A stretch of 60,978 bases of DNA, counting the filler. It is 7 parts of 7 records of this genome, joined end to end, with 100 filler letters (N's around TTAATTAATTAA, not from the genome) between each part and the next. Parts side by side here need not be neighbours in the genome. Positions count along the whole stretch, not along the records: positions 20,736 to 34,758 come from SRR31147125_52216; 6 more parts are not named here. One strand, written 5' to 3'. The notes under the pieces were generated by a model. That model did not search any database. It was not told the origin of the DNA and saw only the letters and a list, made by a program, of their open reading frames with translations. Positions within the stretch are counted from its first letter, which is position 1; every line of letters starts with the position of its first letter. Position numbers and translations under genes: made by a program. Positions 20,869 to 32,709 of this stretch are shown here, piece by piece.

Positions 20869-21477
20869 ATGGCTGAACAACCTACTGCGATGGAGAGATT
20901 CGTTCAAGGAATCCTTCCTGAAAACCCGGTTTACCGGCAGCTTCTGGGGTTGTGTCCCACCTTGGCTGTTACCAACGGTATGAAGCCGGCCATCACCATG
21001 GCCTGCTCTGTGGCGTTTGTTCTTTTTTGTGCCAATATTGTGACCAGCCTGATCCGTGATCTTTTGAAACCCCATCTGCGTATCGTTATCTTTACGCTAA
21101 CCATCGCCACTTTCGTGACCATCGCCGATCGATTTCTGGCGGCTTATGTCTATCAAATGAGTAAAGTTCTCGGGCCCTACATTCCTTTGATCATCGTCAA
21201 CTGTCTGATCATCTGTCGATGTGAGGTGTGTGCCTCCAAGCAGTCCGTATTTGTTGCCGGTGCCGATGCCATCGGTCAATCCATTGGTTTCGGTCTTGCC
21301 CTGGCAAGCATTGCAGCGGTGAGAGAGATCCTTGGAACCGGGATGCTTATGGGATTTCAGGTGCTGCCGTCGGCTTGGCCGGACTGGGTCATCATGGTGC
21401 TGCCTCCCGGGGCATTCATTACTTTGGGACTGCTGCTGGGTGCCGTCAACTGGTACACGGCGCGTAAAGATGCATAA
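20869..21477 (+). CDS. rnfE: Rnf complex subunit E
   Basis: LLGLCPTLAVT, IPLIIVNC and LPPGAF. Confidence 0.95.
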   Translation: MAEQPTAMERFVQGILPENPVYRQLLGLCPTLAVTNGMKPAITMACSVAFVLFCANIVTSLIRDLLKPHLRIVIFTLTIATFVTIADRFLAAYVYQMSKVLGPYIPLIIVNCLIICRCEVCASKQSVFVAGADAIGQSIGFGLALASIAAVREILGTGMLMGFQVLPSAWPDWVIMVLPPGAFITLGLLLGAVNWYTARKDA

Positions 21478-21535
21478 TCGATATTGTCATGCATAACCTC
21501 GTATATTGGTTTGCATCTGATTTGGAGAGAAAAAT

Positions 21536-22360
21536 ATGAACTATCTGATTGATGTCATACTCATTGCACTGAGTGCCGCACTGATCAACAACTTCGTGCT
21601 TTACTACTTTGTGGGAATTTGTCCGTTCATCGGGGTTTCCAAAAAAGTGGACATGGCATTCGGTATGGGATGTGCGGTCACCTTTGTTATCACCATTGCC
21701 GCATTCCTCAGCTGGAGTATCACCACCATGGTGCTGATCCCCGGCGCCCCGATATCCTCCTTTGTGGGGGGCTTTTTTCTGCCGGAAGAGGCGGCTGCGA
21801 AAATCGACCTGACCGTTCTGAGCTACATTGTCTATATTTTTTCCATCAGCTCTTCGGTACAGTTCGTTGAGATGTATGTAAGAAAGTTTTTTCCGGCACT
21901 TTATAAATCCTTTGGTGTGTTTTTGCCACTCATCACCACCAATTGCGCCATTCTATTTGCCTGTCTCACTATTATGAGTAACGTGGCAGGCGTAGAGAAT
22001 CCGGCCGATGCTTGGGATCTGGGGCGCTCCTTGATTCTGGCCTTTTTCGGCGGCATCGGGTTTACCATTGCCATCGTGATCATGTCCGGTATCCGTGAAG
22101 AGATGGAGATTTGCGACATTCCGGAACCATTCCAGGGCGCAGCCATCACTTTGGTAGTGGGGGGGATTATGGCCTTGGCCTTCATGGGCTTTACCGGTGT
22201 GGACTCCGGATTGAAAAAAGCGCTGACCTCTGCTTTTGCTTCCAAGGCTGAAGTTGAAGTCTCCCATGTGGTTCCTGCCCGGACTCAGGATGCGTTCGGT
22301 GAAAAATGGGACATTGCTGAATTGGCTCGAAATTATCATAAAGTAGGGGAGGGCTGCTAA
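21536..22360 (+). CDS. rnfA: Rnf complex subunit A
   Basis: NNFVL...GICPFIGVS and [10 protein letters not shown]. Confidence 0.93.
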   Translation: MNYLIDVILIALSAALINNFVLYYFVGICPFIGVSKKVDMAFGMGCAVTFVITIAAFLSWSITTMVLIPGAPISSFVGGFFLPEEAAAKIDLTVLSYIVYIFSISSSVQFVEMYVRKFFPALYKSFGVFLPLITTNCAILFACLTIMSNVAGVENPADAWDLGRSLILAFFGGIGFTIAIVIMSGIREEMEICDIPEPFQGAAITLVVGGIMALAFMGFTGVDSGLKKALTSAFASKAEVEVSHVVPARTQDAFGEKWDIAELARNYHKVGEGC

Positions 22361-23178
22361 TGACTGTTGTAACCATCGGTATTGCTGCCGGAACCATGCT
22401 CATCATGGCCATCATCATGTCCTATATTCTGGGCTGGGCCAATGTGAAATTTCATGTGGAAGTGGATCCCCGTGTGGAGGCGGTCAATGGGGCCCTTCCC
22501 GGAGCCAATTGCGGCGGCTGCGGATTTATCGGATGTAGTGATTATGCGGAGGCGGTTGTCCTGGATAATGCCCCCGTCAACAAATGCCCGGTTGGCGGCG
22601 CTGCCTGTGTGACTGACATTGCCGGTATCATGGGCATTGAGGCAGGGGAAGCCCAGATCTTCAGGCCGGTTGTCCATTGCGGTGCAACGGCAGATGAACG
22701 AAAAGGGCGATCCGACTACCGTGGAGAGAAAACATGCTCCGGCGCCAATTTTGTTGCCGGTGTTCAGGCATGTACCTTTGGATGTCTTGGCTTTGGTGAC
22801 TGCGTTTCAGCATGTAAGTACGATGCCATCCATGTGGAAAACGGCCTTGCCAAAGTCGATTATGAGAAATGCATCGGCTGCGGCGCTTGTGTCAAAGCGT
22901 GTCCCAGAAACGTCGTTTCCATGGCGCTGTTTGCAGAAGATGTGGTTCCGGCGGTGGCCTGCTCCAATAAAGATAAAGGAAAAGATGTCACCTCTGTCTG
23001 TGAAAAGGGGTGTATCGGCTGTAAAGCGTGTGCCCGTCTGGATGACATATTTGTCATGGACGGAAATAATGCGATCATCACTTACGATGCCTACAGTGTC
23101 GACAAAAATGAAAATGTGGACAAAGCCGTTGAAAAGTGTCCCAATGATTGTATCGCCTATGTTGGCGCAAAGTCTTGA
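22360..23178 (+). CDS. rnfB: Rnf complex subunit B
   Basis: LPGANCGGCG...C...CPVGG and several ferredoxin motifs. Confidence 0.95.
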   Translation: MTVVTIGIAAGTMLIMAIIMSYILGWANVKFHVEVDPRVEAVNGALPGANCGGCGFIGCSDYAEAVVLDNAPVNKCPVGGAACVTDIAGIMGIEAGEAQIFRPVVHCGATADERKGRSDYRGEKTCSGANFVAGVQACTFGCLGFGDCVSACKYDAIHVENGLAKVDYEKCIGCGACVKACPRNVVSMALFAEDVVPAVACSNKDKGKDVTSVCEKGCIGCKACARLDDIFVMDGNNAIITYDAYSVDKNENVDKAVEKCPNDCIAYVGAKS

Positions 23179-23673
23179 GACGGAATAGAAAAACAGTTCA
23201 TTGTTTTGTCATCTTTCAGATCACTTAAAAAGTAGTTTCGGATCCACGCGAAAATAAATTGCCTAACTTATTTTTTGATTGTTCATACAATTAATAAGTT
23301 GCAGTACAAAGAAAGATCATTTGTTTTTGCATGATTCCTTATGCTTTTCTGAAACATTTGAACCGTGATTTGCATGGTAACAAATCAAGATAAATCCTTG
23401 AATCATGAAAATCATGATTCAAAAAAGTGTAAATTGATAAATTAAAGATGTCATTTCTTTGATCGACTTTTGGATCTACGTCTTAGATTGCATTTAAGTT
23501 GTTAAACCTCAACAGGGCGGGAGAAATCCTGCCCTGTTGCTGCTTGGGGGGGTGTACATTTTTTCAAAATAAATGTACAATCTGTCCGATACTATCATAA
23601 CGCACACTTATAAGGGTCGCGACTCAAGGCAGTATTATCGAGTAATATCGGGTTAAACCAAAAGGGATCGATT

Positions 23674-24558
23674 ATGAAGATAGTTCTGTGCGGTAGTGAA
23701 GGGCAACTTGGATGGGATTGTCGTAGGGTATTTGAAAGAGAGCATGAAGTGATTGGGGTCGGACGCTCCGAGATGGATATCACCAATCCGGACACTGTCA
23801 TGGCTACGATTTCATCCATTCATCCGGACTGGGTGATCAACTGTGCCGCCTACACCCAAGTGGATCGATGCGAGGCGGAAAACGAGTTGGCATTTGCCGT
23901 TAATGCACAAGGACCGGAAAATCTTTCAAAAGCATGCAAAGAACATGGTGTAAAACTTCTTCATGTTTCCACGGATTATGTGTTTGAAGGCACCAAAACG
24001 CCTCCTTTGCACTATACGGAGGCCGATGACGTCAATCCCGTTTCAACCTATGGAAAAACAAAGCTTGAAGGGGAGCGACGTATCGCATCCATTATGGACG
24101 ATCATATCATCGTGAGAACCGCATGGCTCTATGGGATCGGTGGGCATAACTTTCTTAAAACCATGTTGCAGCTTTCCCTCGATGCGCCGGAAAAAGAGTT
24201 GAAAGTGGTCAATGATCAGTTTGGGTCGCCCACATGGACGCTTCGGCTGGCTCTTCAGTTGGAACGCCTCATTGCCATTGACGGGCAGGGAATTTATCAT
24301 GCCACTTCCCAAGGATATTGTTCCTGGTTTGAATTGGCCCAATATTTTCTGAAACTAATGGGGGTTCCTTTTAATGGTGTCCCTTGCACCACTGCAGAGT
24401 ATTCCACACCTGCCAAAAGGCCTGCCAACTCCATTCTTGAGAATGCCCGTCTGAAAAGCAGTGACAACAATCGCATGACCGGATGGCGACACGGCTTGGA
24501 ACAGTTTGTTTCTCGATACCGTCAACAACTCATTGATGAGGTTTCAGATGCGAAATAA
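23674..24558 (+). CDS. rfbD: dTDP-4-dehydrorhamnose reductase
   Basis: GSEGQLG, NCAAYTQVD, STDYVF, YGKTK and DQFGSPT. Confidence 0.95.
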   Translation: MKIVLCGSEGQLGWDCRRVFEREHEVIGVGRSEMDITNPDTVMATISSIHPDWVINCAAYTQVDRCEAENELAFAVNAQGPENLSKACKEHGVKLLHVSTDYVFEGTKTPPLHYTEADDVNPVSTYGKTKLEGERRIASIMDDHIIVRTAWLYGIGGHNFLKTMLQLSLDAPEKELKVVNDQFGSPTWTLRLALQLERLIAIDGQGIYHATSQGYCSWFELAQYFLKLMGVPFNGVPCTTAEYSTPAKRPANSILENARLKSSDNNRMTGWRHGLEQFVSRYRQQLIDEVSDAK

Positions 24559-24796
24559 CGTGCCTAGTTACAGATCGAAAAAGCTGTCTTTCAACGCAGG
24601 CTGTCCTGGAAATTGATAGGCACTAATGACTCATTTTTAAATTAAAAATGGTGCGTTGAAAAAAATGAGTCTGTTTATGGTCATTCCATGGAGGTTCAGC
24701 GTATATTTTTCTTGAGATTTTTATGGACTCCATGTATTTTGTGATGAATGTATAAATAATAAACCCAATTCAAAATATAATGGAGATGGCTGCTAT

Positions 24797-25426
24797 ATGG
24801 GTATTCAGGAACGAAAACAGAGAGAAAAAGAGATGAGGCGAAAGCAGATCATGCTGGCTGCAAAAAAGGTCTTTTCTGCAAAGGGGTTCAATCGGGCCAC
24901 CATGGAGGAGATTGCCGGGGAGGCAGAGTTGAGCCCTGGAACGCTTTATCTCTATTTTAAAAATAAAGAAGAGCTTCATACCTCTTTATCCATTGATATC
25001 CTTCAATACATTACCGAGTTGATGAAAAAGATCATCGGCCGAAAGGATCTCAATGCAGAAGAGAAGATGGAAAAATTGAAAGAGACCTATATTGAGGTTT
25101 ATGAATATGATTCCATGGTGCTGATCAATCTCTTTCATCTTCAATCCGGTGAGACATTGCAAAATCTCTCACCGGAGGTGCTGGCCATATTGAAAGAAAC
25201 CTCTTCCGAAGCGGTATCGGCCATTACGACCATTGTACAGCAAGGCATTGAGCAGGGTATTTTTAAAGAAAGGCATCCGGTTGCCCTTGCTGATATTATC
25301 TGGGCTACCTACTCTGGGGTTGTGCTGTGGGTCGACAGTAAACGGCTGTTGAATAATGAGAAGGATTTTGTTCGACAGACCCTTGAGACGGCATTTGAGG
25401 TGATGTTGGCAGGCTTTAAAAAATAG
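24797..25426 (+). CDS. TetR/AcrR-family regulator
   Basis: ATMEEIAGEAELSPGTLYLYFKNKEEL helix-turn-helix. Confidence 0.93.
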   Translation: MGIQERKQREKEMRRKQIMLAAKKVFSAKGFNRATMEEIAGEAELSPGTLYLYFKNKEELHTSLSIDILQYITELMKKIIGRKDLNAEEKMEKLKETYIEVYEYDSMVLINLFHLQSGETLQNLSPEVLAILKETSSEAVSAITTIVQQGIEQGIFKERHPVALADIIWATYSGVVLWVDSKRLLNNEKDFVRQTLETAFEVMLAGFKK

Positions 25427-25462
25427 CGTTCCCTTCAATATTATCCAAATTTTCGCCCAGGC

Positions 25463-26040
25463 TCACTTTTTACACAGCCGGTGGATGGTCTGGGCGTGCC
25501 ACTCTCCCCGACCTGAAAAGGTGGGAATTCCCTCCTCCTCCAGACTTTTTGCAATTTCGGAAAAGGTCGCCTTTTTTTTCGCATCTCTTTGATCATGGCG
25601 ATGACTTCATCTTTGGTGTGTCGATTATCCGTTGACGGGGTTGGAATGCAGATCTCCTTGGCAGTCGGTGCGGTGGAGGCTCTCATCTTCATGAACTGGG
25701 TACTTTTTTCATCCAGCATGGTGACTATGGAACTGAAAAACAGATCCATGGATTGAAAATGATCAATTTTGGCCTTTACCAGCGCTTCGTTTTGTTCCGT
25801 CAATTTTTCCAAAGAAGAGGCAATGATGGAAAGGGTTTCCTGAACTTGAGATAGGGTTTCTTCCTGCAGCTCTTCGGAAATTGTGACATCCTTCACCCGC
25901 TGAGGCGCTCTTCTATCTTTGATCTTACGCCGATCTTTTCCCGGAAAGTAGTTGCCGTCAACCTCTTTTCTGGATCCTCCGGGAAATCGTTGATGGGTCG
26001 TGCGCTGCGTGGTTCTTAGGTTTTTTAAAAAATCATTCAT
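25463..26040 (-). CDS. Coiled-coil protein with a C-terminal recombinase-like HTH; frameshift near 25570
   Basis: A shift at the A8 run gives ATFSEIAKSLEEEGIPTFSGRGEWHAQTIHRLCKK-stop. Confidence 0.7.
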
Positions 26041-26584
26041 GATACCCCCTGCAGTGACGTAATGAAATAAGCATTTGAAATGGTTAATTATCTACGACTG
26101 TGAAAGCCGATAATAGGTTGAAATGAATATCCCTTTCGGTCAGTCTTGAAAAATAACCGGCATGGTGTATTTGCACGAATTGTTTTGTCAGATCGTCTGA
26201 CATGGCAGTTATTAATAAACGTCTGCACTGGTAAAAGAAGGTGCAGTCAAAGATCATGAGCGGTTGTGGTGCTTGTTTGGTGTGGATGTCTGATTTCCAG
26301 AGTGATGATTACGACGATATTGATGATTCAGAAAGTATCGGATATTAGTTTTTTGTATAAAATATAATTAATAATATATGAATTTTCGGTGAAGTCAAGT
26401 TGTAAAAGATGAAAAAAAACAAGAGACTGTGTAGGGGAGAGACGTGGAAGTGTTTGAGTATTTAAAAATAGATGGAAGAAAAAAACGCTTGGAAAAAGGG
26501 GCGGTGGAGAAAAATAGTAAAAGCAAGGGTGAAAAGTGAAAGATGGAGACACCGGTCATGAAGGCGTCTCCTTTGTGATATGCG

Positions 26585-27010
26585 TTATTTCCCGCTCATG
26601 AGCTGGGCCGTTACTTTTTGGATGCAGTAGTAAATATCTTCATCACTGCCGTAAATGTCGATAATATCTTTATGGTTGATAAGCGTTTCCAGAATGAATG
26701 CGGTGATATAAAGAGAGACGATATTCGGGTTTTGCACAAGGGTTCTGAAAGGGGCAACCTGGTAATCGATATCAAAATCTTCAGCGCGACACATGATATC
26801 GGCACATTTTTCAATTTGTTCCTGAACGGTATTTTTGCTGACCGTTTCAACCAATTTATCTTCAACCAGTTTCATGGCAACTCTGTTGCTGAACAGCTCA
26901 ATATTATCTCTAACCGCGTTGATGGCGCGAAGTTTTTCCCGCTCCTTCGAAGACTCAATCTTCGACAGCAGCCTTGCCTCACGGTTGCCAACTCTAAATG
27001 TTTTACCCAT
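26585..27010 (-). CDS. Hypothetical protein
   Basis: 141-aa ORF with a purine-rich RBS and a downstream GGAGAC...GTCTCC hairpin. Confidence 0.75.
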   Translation of the reverse strand: MGKTFRVGNREARLLSKIESSKEREKLRAINAVRDNIELFSNRVAMKLVEDKLVETVSKNTVQEQIEKCADIMCRAEDFDIDYQVAPFRTLVQNPNIVSLYITAFILETLINHKDIIDIYGSDEDIYYCIQKVTAQLMSGK

Positions 27011-27144
27011 GATCTGTCCTTTTCCTAGTCAATGTCATATTTAATAAGCGAGTATCGCTAAGCAACACCATTGAATTATAGTCGGAAAGGGAAAGCGGTT
27101 TCAAGATAAAAATCATTTCCAAATGATAATATCGATCCTTTCGG

Positions 27145-28909
27145 TTACCGGACCTCTTCAATGATGATCTGTGGGGTATTCTTCCTTTGGAAGCGATTCA
27201 TACGGACACGGAACGCCACACGCTTGAAACCGGACGGTGTGGGGAGATTCGGGTCGATATTGAATTGAAGCGCTTCAATCGTATGGGCCGGCGTATGGGT
27301 CGGAGCAGCCGCTTTTTTGGGTGTCCTTTGGGGTGTCGCAAACCACCATTTTACGATGTTTGGCGCCCATCATGAAGGAAGAAATGACTTTAAGATCATT
27401 GCATTGAAACAACGGCTCTGGATTATTACTTCCAAATGGACGCAATCGTTCGATCTCTTCGACAAAAGATGGGGTAATCTCTTCGATAGTAATGAGGGTA
27501 TCGATGAGGATTTTTTTGATTAGGGACTCATCCGTCGTACTTTTTGCGATTTCGCCCTTGAAGCGCCGGGCGAAGGGTCCAATATTCTTTTTATCGATGG
27601 TGAGGCCTGCAGCCATGGTGTGTCCGCCAAAGTTATCGAGCAAATCGCTGCAGCGACAAAGTGCATCGTGGATGTTGATGTTATTAATGCTGCGGCAGGA
27701 TCCGGTTGCCGGGGTGACGGCCGTGGAAATGAGCACAACGGGTCTGTTGTATCTTCGGGAGAGCTTGGATGCGGCAATGCCGATGATGCCTGGATTCCAC
27801 CTGGATCCTTGCATGACAATGGCCGGCTGTTTCAACATGGCGTCATTGACGGCGATTTTATTGTCAATTTCATCCACAATGGCAGCTTCCGTTTGTTGGC
27901 GCTTTTTGTTCAGCTCATCCAGAATAAAAGCGGTTTGTTCCGCTTTGACTCTATTTTTCTCCGTCAATAGATCCACACAGATTCTGGCATGGGAAATCCG
28001 ACCGGCAGCATTGAGTCGGGGGGCGATTCGAAATGAGATGTCATCGGAATCCATTGTCTCCGGGGCAATTCGGACGGCTTTTGTCAGGGCTTTCACTCCC
28101 TCTCGCGTAGACGTTTGAAGGACCCCCATACCGGCTTGGGATAAAATTCGATTTTCATTCTTTAGCGGAACCATATCGGCAATGGTACCGATGGCAAACA
28201 GATCACAATAGCTGAGAAGATTGGGCTCTTCAATCTCTCCCCAAAATCCCTGTTGTCTTAAAAATTGCCGAAGGGCAATGACCAGATAGAGCGCCACGCC
28301 GACACCGGCCAGATAGCTCATTCCGGATGGACAATCCGGCCGTTTTGGGTTTACCACCGCCAAGGCCGGCGGAATACGGCTGGTAATTTCATGGTGGTCG
28401 GTGATAATGACGTCGATATCTTCCCGAACGGCTCTTTTGACGGCGTCGTGGCTGTCGGAACCGCAATCCACCGTGATCAACAGATCACATTTTCGCTCAA
28501 CGGCCATGTCGATATGAGCGACTTTAAGGCTGAACCCCTCTTTGATTCTATGGGGAATGTACCAGGATAGGTCCGCTTCCACATGATGGAAAAAATCATG
28601 AAGCAAAGAGGTGGCCGTAATGCCGTCTGCATCGAAATCTCCGAAAATGAGAATCTTTTCATTGCTCATGAGGGCCGTATAGATTCTTTCCACGGCCTTT
28701 TGCATATCTTTGAGGGAAAAGGGATCGGTCAGATGGGTCATACTGGGGTGAAGAAATGTGTACGCATCTTCAGGCGTCGAGATTCCTCGGTTGACAAGAA
28801 TTTTAGCCACAATGGCATGGCAGCCTAAAATTCTAGATATCTTTTCCGCAGCTTCAGCGTGGTCGGCGTGACTGTTTGGGATGATCCATTGCGTTTCCAT
28901 GATGTGCAT
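27145..28909 (-). CDS. recJ: ssDNA exonuclease RecJ; frameshift at 27313-27318
   Basis: GDFDADG, TVDCG, TDHH, PRLNAAGR and GGH..AAG motifs. The C-terminus IEALQFN...PQIIIEEVR lies in the shifted frame. Confidence 0.95.
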
Positions 28910-29091
28910 TCATATAGCCGAAAGTGTTTGGGATGTCATTAAAAAAACCGACGAGTCATTTTTCCATGATATATGGTTCATGAAAAATAGTTGGAGAAAG
29001 CGTCCATATTTGTGGTATAAAGAAAAGTTGACTGTAATTGAAATTGCGTGTTTTTTCTTAACATCTTGTTTTAAGAGCATTTTGTATTTAA

Positions 29092-29334
29092 ATGAGAACC
29101 ATTCGAAAAGAGTATCGGGTCGATAAAAGCAGGATCGGGTTTTTGAAATTTATTTTTGAAGCCCATGACGGGCTTGCCGTCATCACCACGCTGAATGTCC
29201 GGGAGGGGCGAGTTCGTTTTGCCGTGGCACCGGGATGTGAAGCAGATGTGGAGATGATCCTGTCGGACCTGAAAAAAGATATATTCATTCAAGAGATCGA
29301 CAATGAATCCATGGGTGAGAAGGAACTTGGATAG
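29092..29334 (+). CDS. DUF4911-like protein
   Basis: IGFLKFIFEAHDGLAVITTL; directly upstream of miaB. Confidence 0.75.
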   Translation: MRTIRKEYRVDKSRIGFLKFIFEAHDGLAVITTLNVREGRVRFAVAPGCEADVEMILSDLKKDIFIQEIDNESMGEKELG

Positions 29335-29340
29335 CGCTTA

Positions 29341-30815
29341 ATGAAACATAAAGGATTCGCGTACATTTATACCATTGGCTGCCAGATGAACAGTTATGAT
29401 TCTGAGAAATTGGCAGCCATTCTTGCATCAATGGGGTATGGAAAAACCGATGCATTGGAAGGAGCCGACATTGTCATTTGCAACACCTGCTCCATTCGGG
29501 AGAAGGCTCAGGAAAAGGCGTTCAGTTTTCTGGGAACGTTGGCAGCCAAAAAGAAGAAAAATTCAAAACTGATATCGATCATGGCCGGGTGTGTGGCCCA
29601 ACAGGAGGGCGAGCGGGTGTTCAAGCGCATCCCTCATCTCGACATTGTCATGGGAACCCGGGCATTTGATCGTCTGCCGGATCTCATCGCGACCGTGCAA
29701 TCAGAGAGAGCGCATCGCGGTAAGAGACGCATTGTAGATATCGAAGACAGCAGTGAGATCTTTGAATCCATGCCCGATTTCACCACCCTGGATCAAGGAA
29801 GAGTCTCCAGGTTCGTCACCATCATGCAGGGGTGTGATAATTTTTGTACCTACTGCGTGGTTCCCTATGTCCGGGGAGGAGAGCGAAGCAGAACGCCCGA
29901 GCGGATTGTGGAAGAGATCAAGGTGCTTGCCGATGCCGGGGTCCGGGAAGTGACCTTGCTTGGCCAAAACGTCAATTCCTATGGAAAAAAAGAGGGGATC
30001 TGCACGTTTCCGGAGCTGTTAGCCAAAGTCAGCGATATCCAAGGGATTCACCGCATTCGATTTGCTACCTCCCATCCCAAGGATCTTTCAGATGAGTTGA
30101 TTTTTGCCATTCGGGACCTCGATAAGGTGTGTAATCAGCTTCATCTTCCGGTTCAGTCCGGATCCAATGCGATTCTAAAAAAGATGAATCGGAAATATAC
30201 GAGAGAGATCTATTTGGAGCGTATCGACACATTGAGAACGCACTGCCCCGATATCGGCCTCTCATCCGATATGATTGTGGGATTTCCATCCGAAACCCGG
30301 GAAGATTTTGAAGCAACCCTGGATCTGATCCGGACGGTGAAGTTTGACGGCATCTTTGCATTTGCCTATTCGGATCGACCCAATGCACCGGCAGCCTCCT
30401 TTTCAGGCGCATTGGATGAAGAAGAGAAAATGGCCCGCTTAAATGAGCTGCTTGCGCTTCAGGAAACTTACACGGAAGCTTCAAATTCGGCTGCCGTGGG
30501 ATCTGTTCAATCGGTACTGGTTGAGGGAAAGAGTTTGAAAAAGCGACAGGTGAATGGGGATGAAAAAAGAGTCGCCGTTCCTCTGAACAGATAAATCGGA
30601 ATCGGATGCATCCCATGGACGCCACAGAGTCTGAAGCGACTCAGATGAGCGGTCGAACGGAATCCGGGAAAATCGTCCATTTTCAGGCAAACGGCATTGA
30701 GCCGGGCCGGCTGGTTGATGTCAGAATTGAACACGGGTATCCCCACTCATTATGGGGAACGGTTTGTAAAAAAAGTGAAGCAGCGCCTTTGACATGCGAG
30801 GCCATGAGCGAATAA
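29341..30815 (+). CDS. miaB: tRNA methylthiotransferase MiaB; TRAM domain split by a frameshift near 30562-30600
   Basis: GCQMN, NTCSIRE and GCDNFCTYC; the TRAM remainder GRTESGKIVHF...HSLWG is ORF 30606-30815. Confidence 0.95.
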
Positions 30816-30879
30816 CAGGGCATAAAACATGTTCAGCTGTATGTTAGTGAAAGCGGCCGAACGATGGAGCGAAACAACA

Positions 30880-31808
30880 ATGAAAAACCAAACATCAAAG
30901 ACCCAAAACAAAATCGGAAGAAATAGTCTATGCCCTTGTGGAAGCGGAAAAAAATATAAAGTGTGCTGTATGGGATCCCAGCCGACGACACAACCGACCC
31001 AACTCCCACCGCAACAAAATTTCTTGTCGTTAAAGCACGAGTACAAAAAGAAGCACAATATCATTTTAAAAGCCCCCATGAGATTGAAGGGATTCGAAAG
31101 TCCGGGAGCCTGCTTCTTGACATCATGGAAAAAGTGGAAAAGATGATCAGACCGGGAATCATGACCGAAGAGATTAACACGTTGGTTCACAAGGAAACCA
31201 TTAAAGCCGGAGCGGTTCCGGCCCCCCTGAATTATCGCGGATTTCCAAAAAGCTGTTGTACTTCCATCAATGACGTTATCTGTCACGGCATTCCCGGTAA
31301 AGAGCTGCTGAAAGAGGGGGATATCATCAATGTGGATATCACTCCCATTCTCAACGGCTACTATGCCGATGCCAACAAAACATTTTTTGTCGGCAATCCA
31401 ACCCCTGAAGGAGAGAAGATCGTCTCGGTAGCCCGGGAGTCCTTGAAACGAGGCATTGATATGGTGAAACCGGGAGCGCGCCTGGGAGACATCGGATGGG
31501 CTATTCAGAAATATGCAGAAGGGCAGAGATGTACGGTAGTCAGGGAGTTCGTCGGACACGGCGTGGGGCTTAACTTCCATGAGCAACCCCAGGTGCTTCA
31601 TTTTGGAAAGCGGGGAAAAGGGGTGATGCTGGTGCCGGGAATGGTCTTTACCATTGAGCCCATGATCAATCTCGGCACCCGGAGACTCCACGTTTTGGAC
31701 GATCAATGGACGGCCGTAACCAACGACGGTGCCTTGTCCGCTCAGTTCGAGCAAACCATTTTGGTGACGGAAAAGGGGTGGGAGAGCCTGACTCCCTATG
31801 ACCTTTGA
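30880..31808 (+). CDS. map: Type I methionine aminopeptidase with an N-terminal SEC-C motif; frameshift near 31070
   Basis: [18 protein letters not shown] in one frame joins [10 protein letters not shown]...CHGIP...GHGVG...FTIEPMIN...SAQFEQT in the other. Confidence 0.93.
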
Positions 31809-31946
31809 ATGTGAGTGAATGCCTTCAAAATGGGCGATAAATACATTTAGGGACTCAACAGCAGACGACATTCAATCTTAAATTGGGATATCAGTCACTT
31901 TGCCTGGAGAGCAGAGCATTGCCGTGATTCAATTGTAGGGGATTTC

Positions 31947-32699
31947 ATGATCAATCGCATTTTTTCCGTGTTGTTTCTGGGGTTTCTCGGTGTCACTTCC
32001 GGCGTTTTCTTTTGCGGTGCATTTTTTATCTGGCTTGTTACTGTGCACTTTGACAAACGGTTGACGATATTGCATCTATACTCATCCTTTTGGGCATTTT
32101 TTTATGTTTGGTGCATGCCGGTATGGTCGGTGAAAATTGTGGGAAAAGAGAAGTTGGATTGGAAAAAACAGTACATGATCGTTTCCAACCATCAATCTCA
32201 GCTGGATATTTTGGTGGCTTTCGGACTTTTTTTCCCGTTTAAATGGGTCTCCAAAATCGAAGTGTTCAGGCTACCGTTTATCGGTTGGAATATGATACTC
32301 AATCGATATATCGGTTTGAAAAGAGGAGACAAAGAGAGTGTGGAAAAAATGATGGCCGTTTGTGAAAGAGAGCTGGACAAAGGCTGCTCCATTTACTTTT
32401 TCCCGGAAGGGACCAGATCAAAAACCGGTGTGATGAGGCCTTTCAAACCGGGGGCGTTTCATCTGGCCAAAAAGCGAAATCTCCCGATTTTACCCATTGC
32501 CATTAACGGCACGTTGGAGGCACTTCCAAAACATAGTTTGGTATTTCAAAAAAATCATGAAATTACCTTGGAAATCTTGGATGAAATTCCGGCGGTGGAA
32601 GTTCAGGCAATGGAAACGGAAAGGTTGTCGGCAAACGTTCGGGAATTGATCGGGAATCACGTTCGCCTTCATCGTGAATTTCATTTGAGAGTCAATTGA
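31947..32699 (+). CDS. plsC: 1-acyl-sn-glycerol-3-phosphate acyltransferase family
   Basis: NHQSQLD and FPEGTRS. Confidence 0.88.
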   Translation: MINRIFSVLFLGFLGVTSGVFFCGAFFIWLVTVHFDKRLTILHLYSSFWAFFYVWCMPVWSVKIVGKEKLDWKKQYMIVSNHQSQLDILVAFGLFFPFKWVSKIEVFRLPFIGWNMILNRYIGLKRGDKESVEKMMAVCERELDKGCSIYFFPEGTRSKTGVMRPFKPGAFHLAKKRNLPILPIAINGTLEALPKHSLVFQKNHEITLEILDEIPAVEVQAMETERLSANVRELIGNHVRLHREFHLRVN

Positions 32700-32709
32700 A
32701 AGAGAGGAC

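Noticed and set aside
27145-31808. recJ, miaB and map as pseudogenes
   Set aside because: All motifs are intact with a single apparent indel each; sequencing error is more parsimonious.
30750-31871. 373-aa minus-strand ORF and similar shadow ORFs (27492-28118, 43848-44483, 46255-46821)
   Set aside because: They are antisense to well-supported genes and show no motifs.
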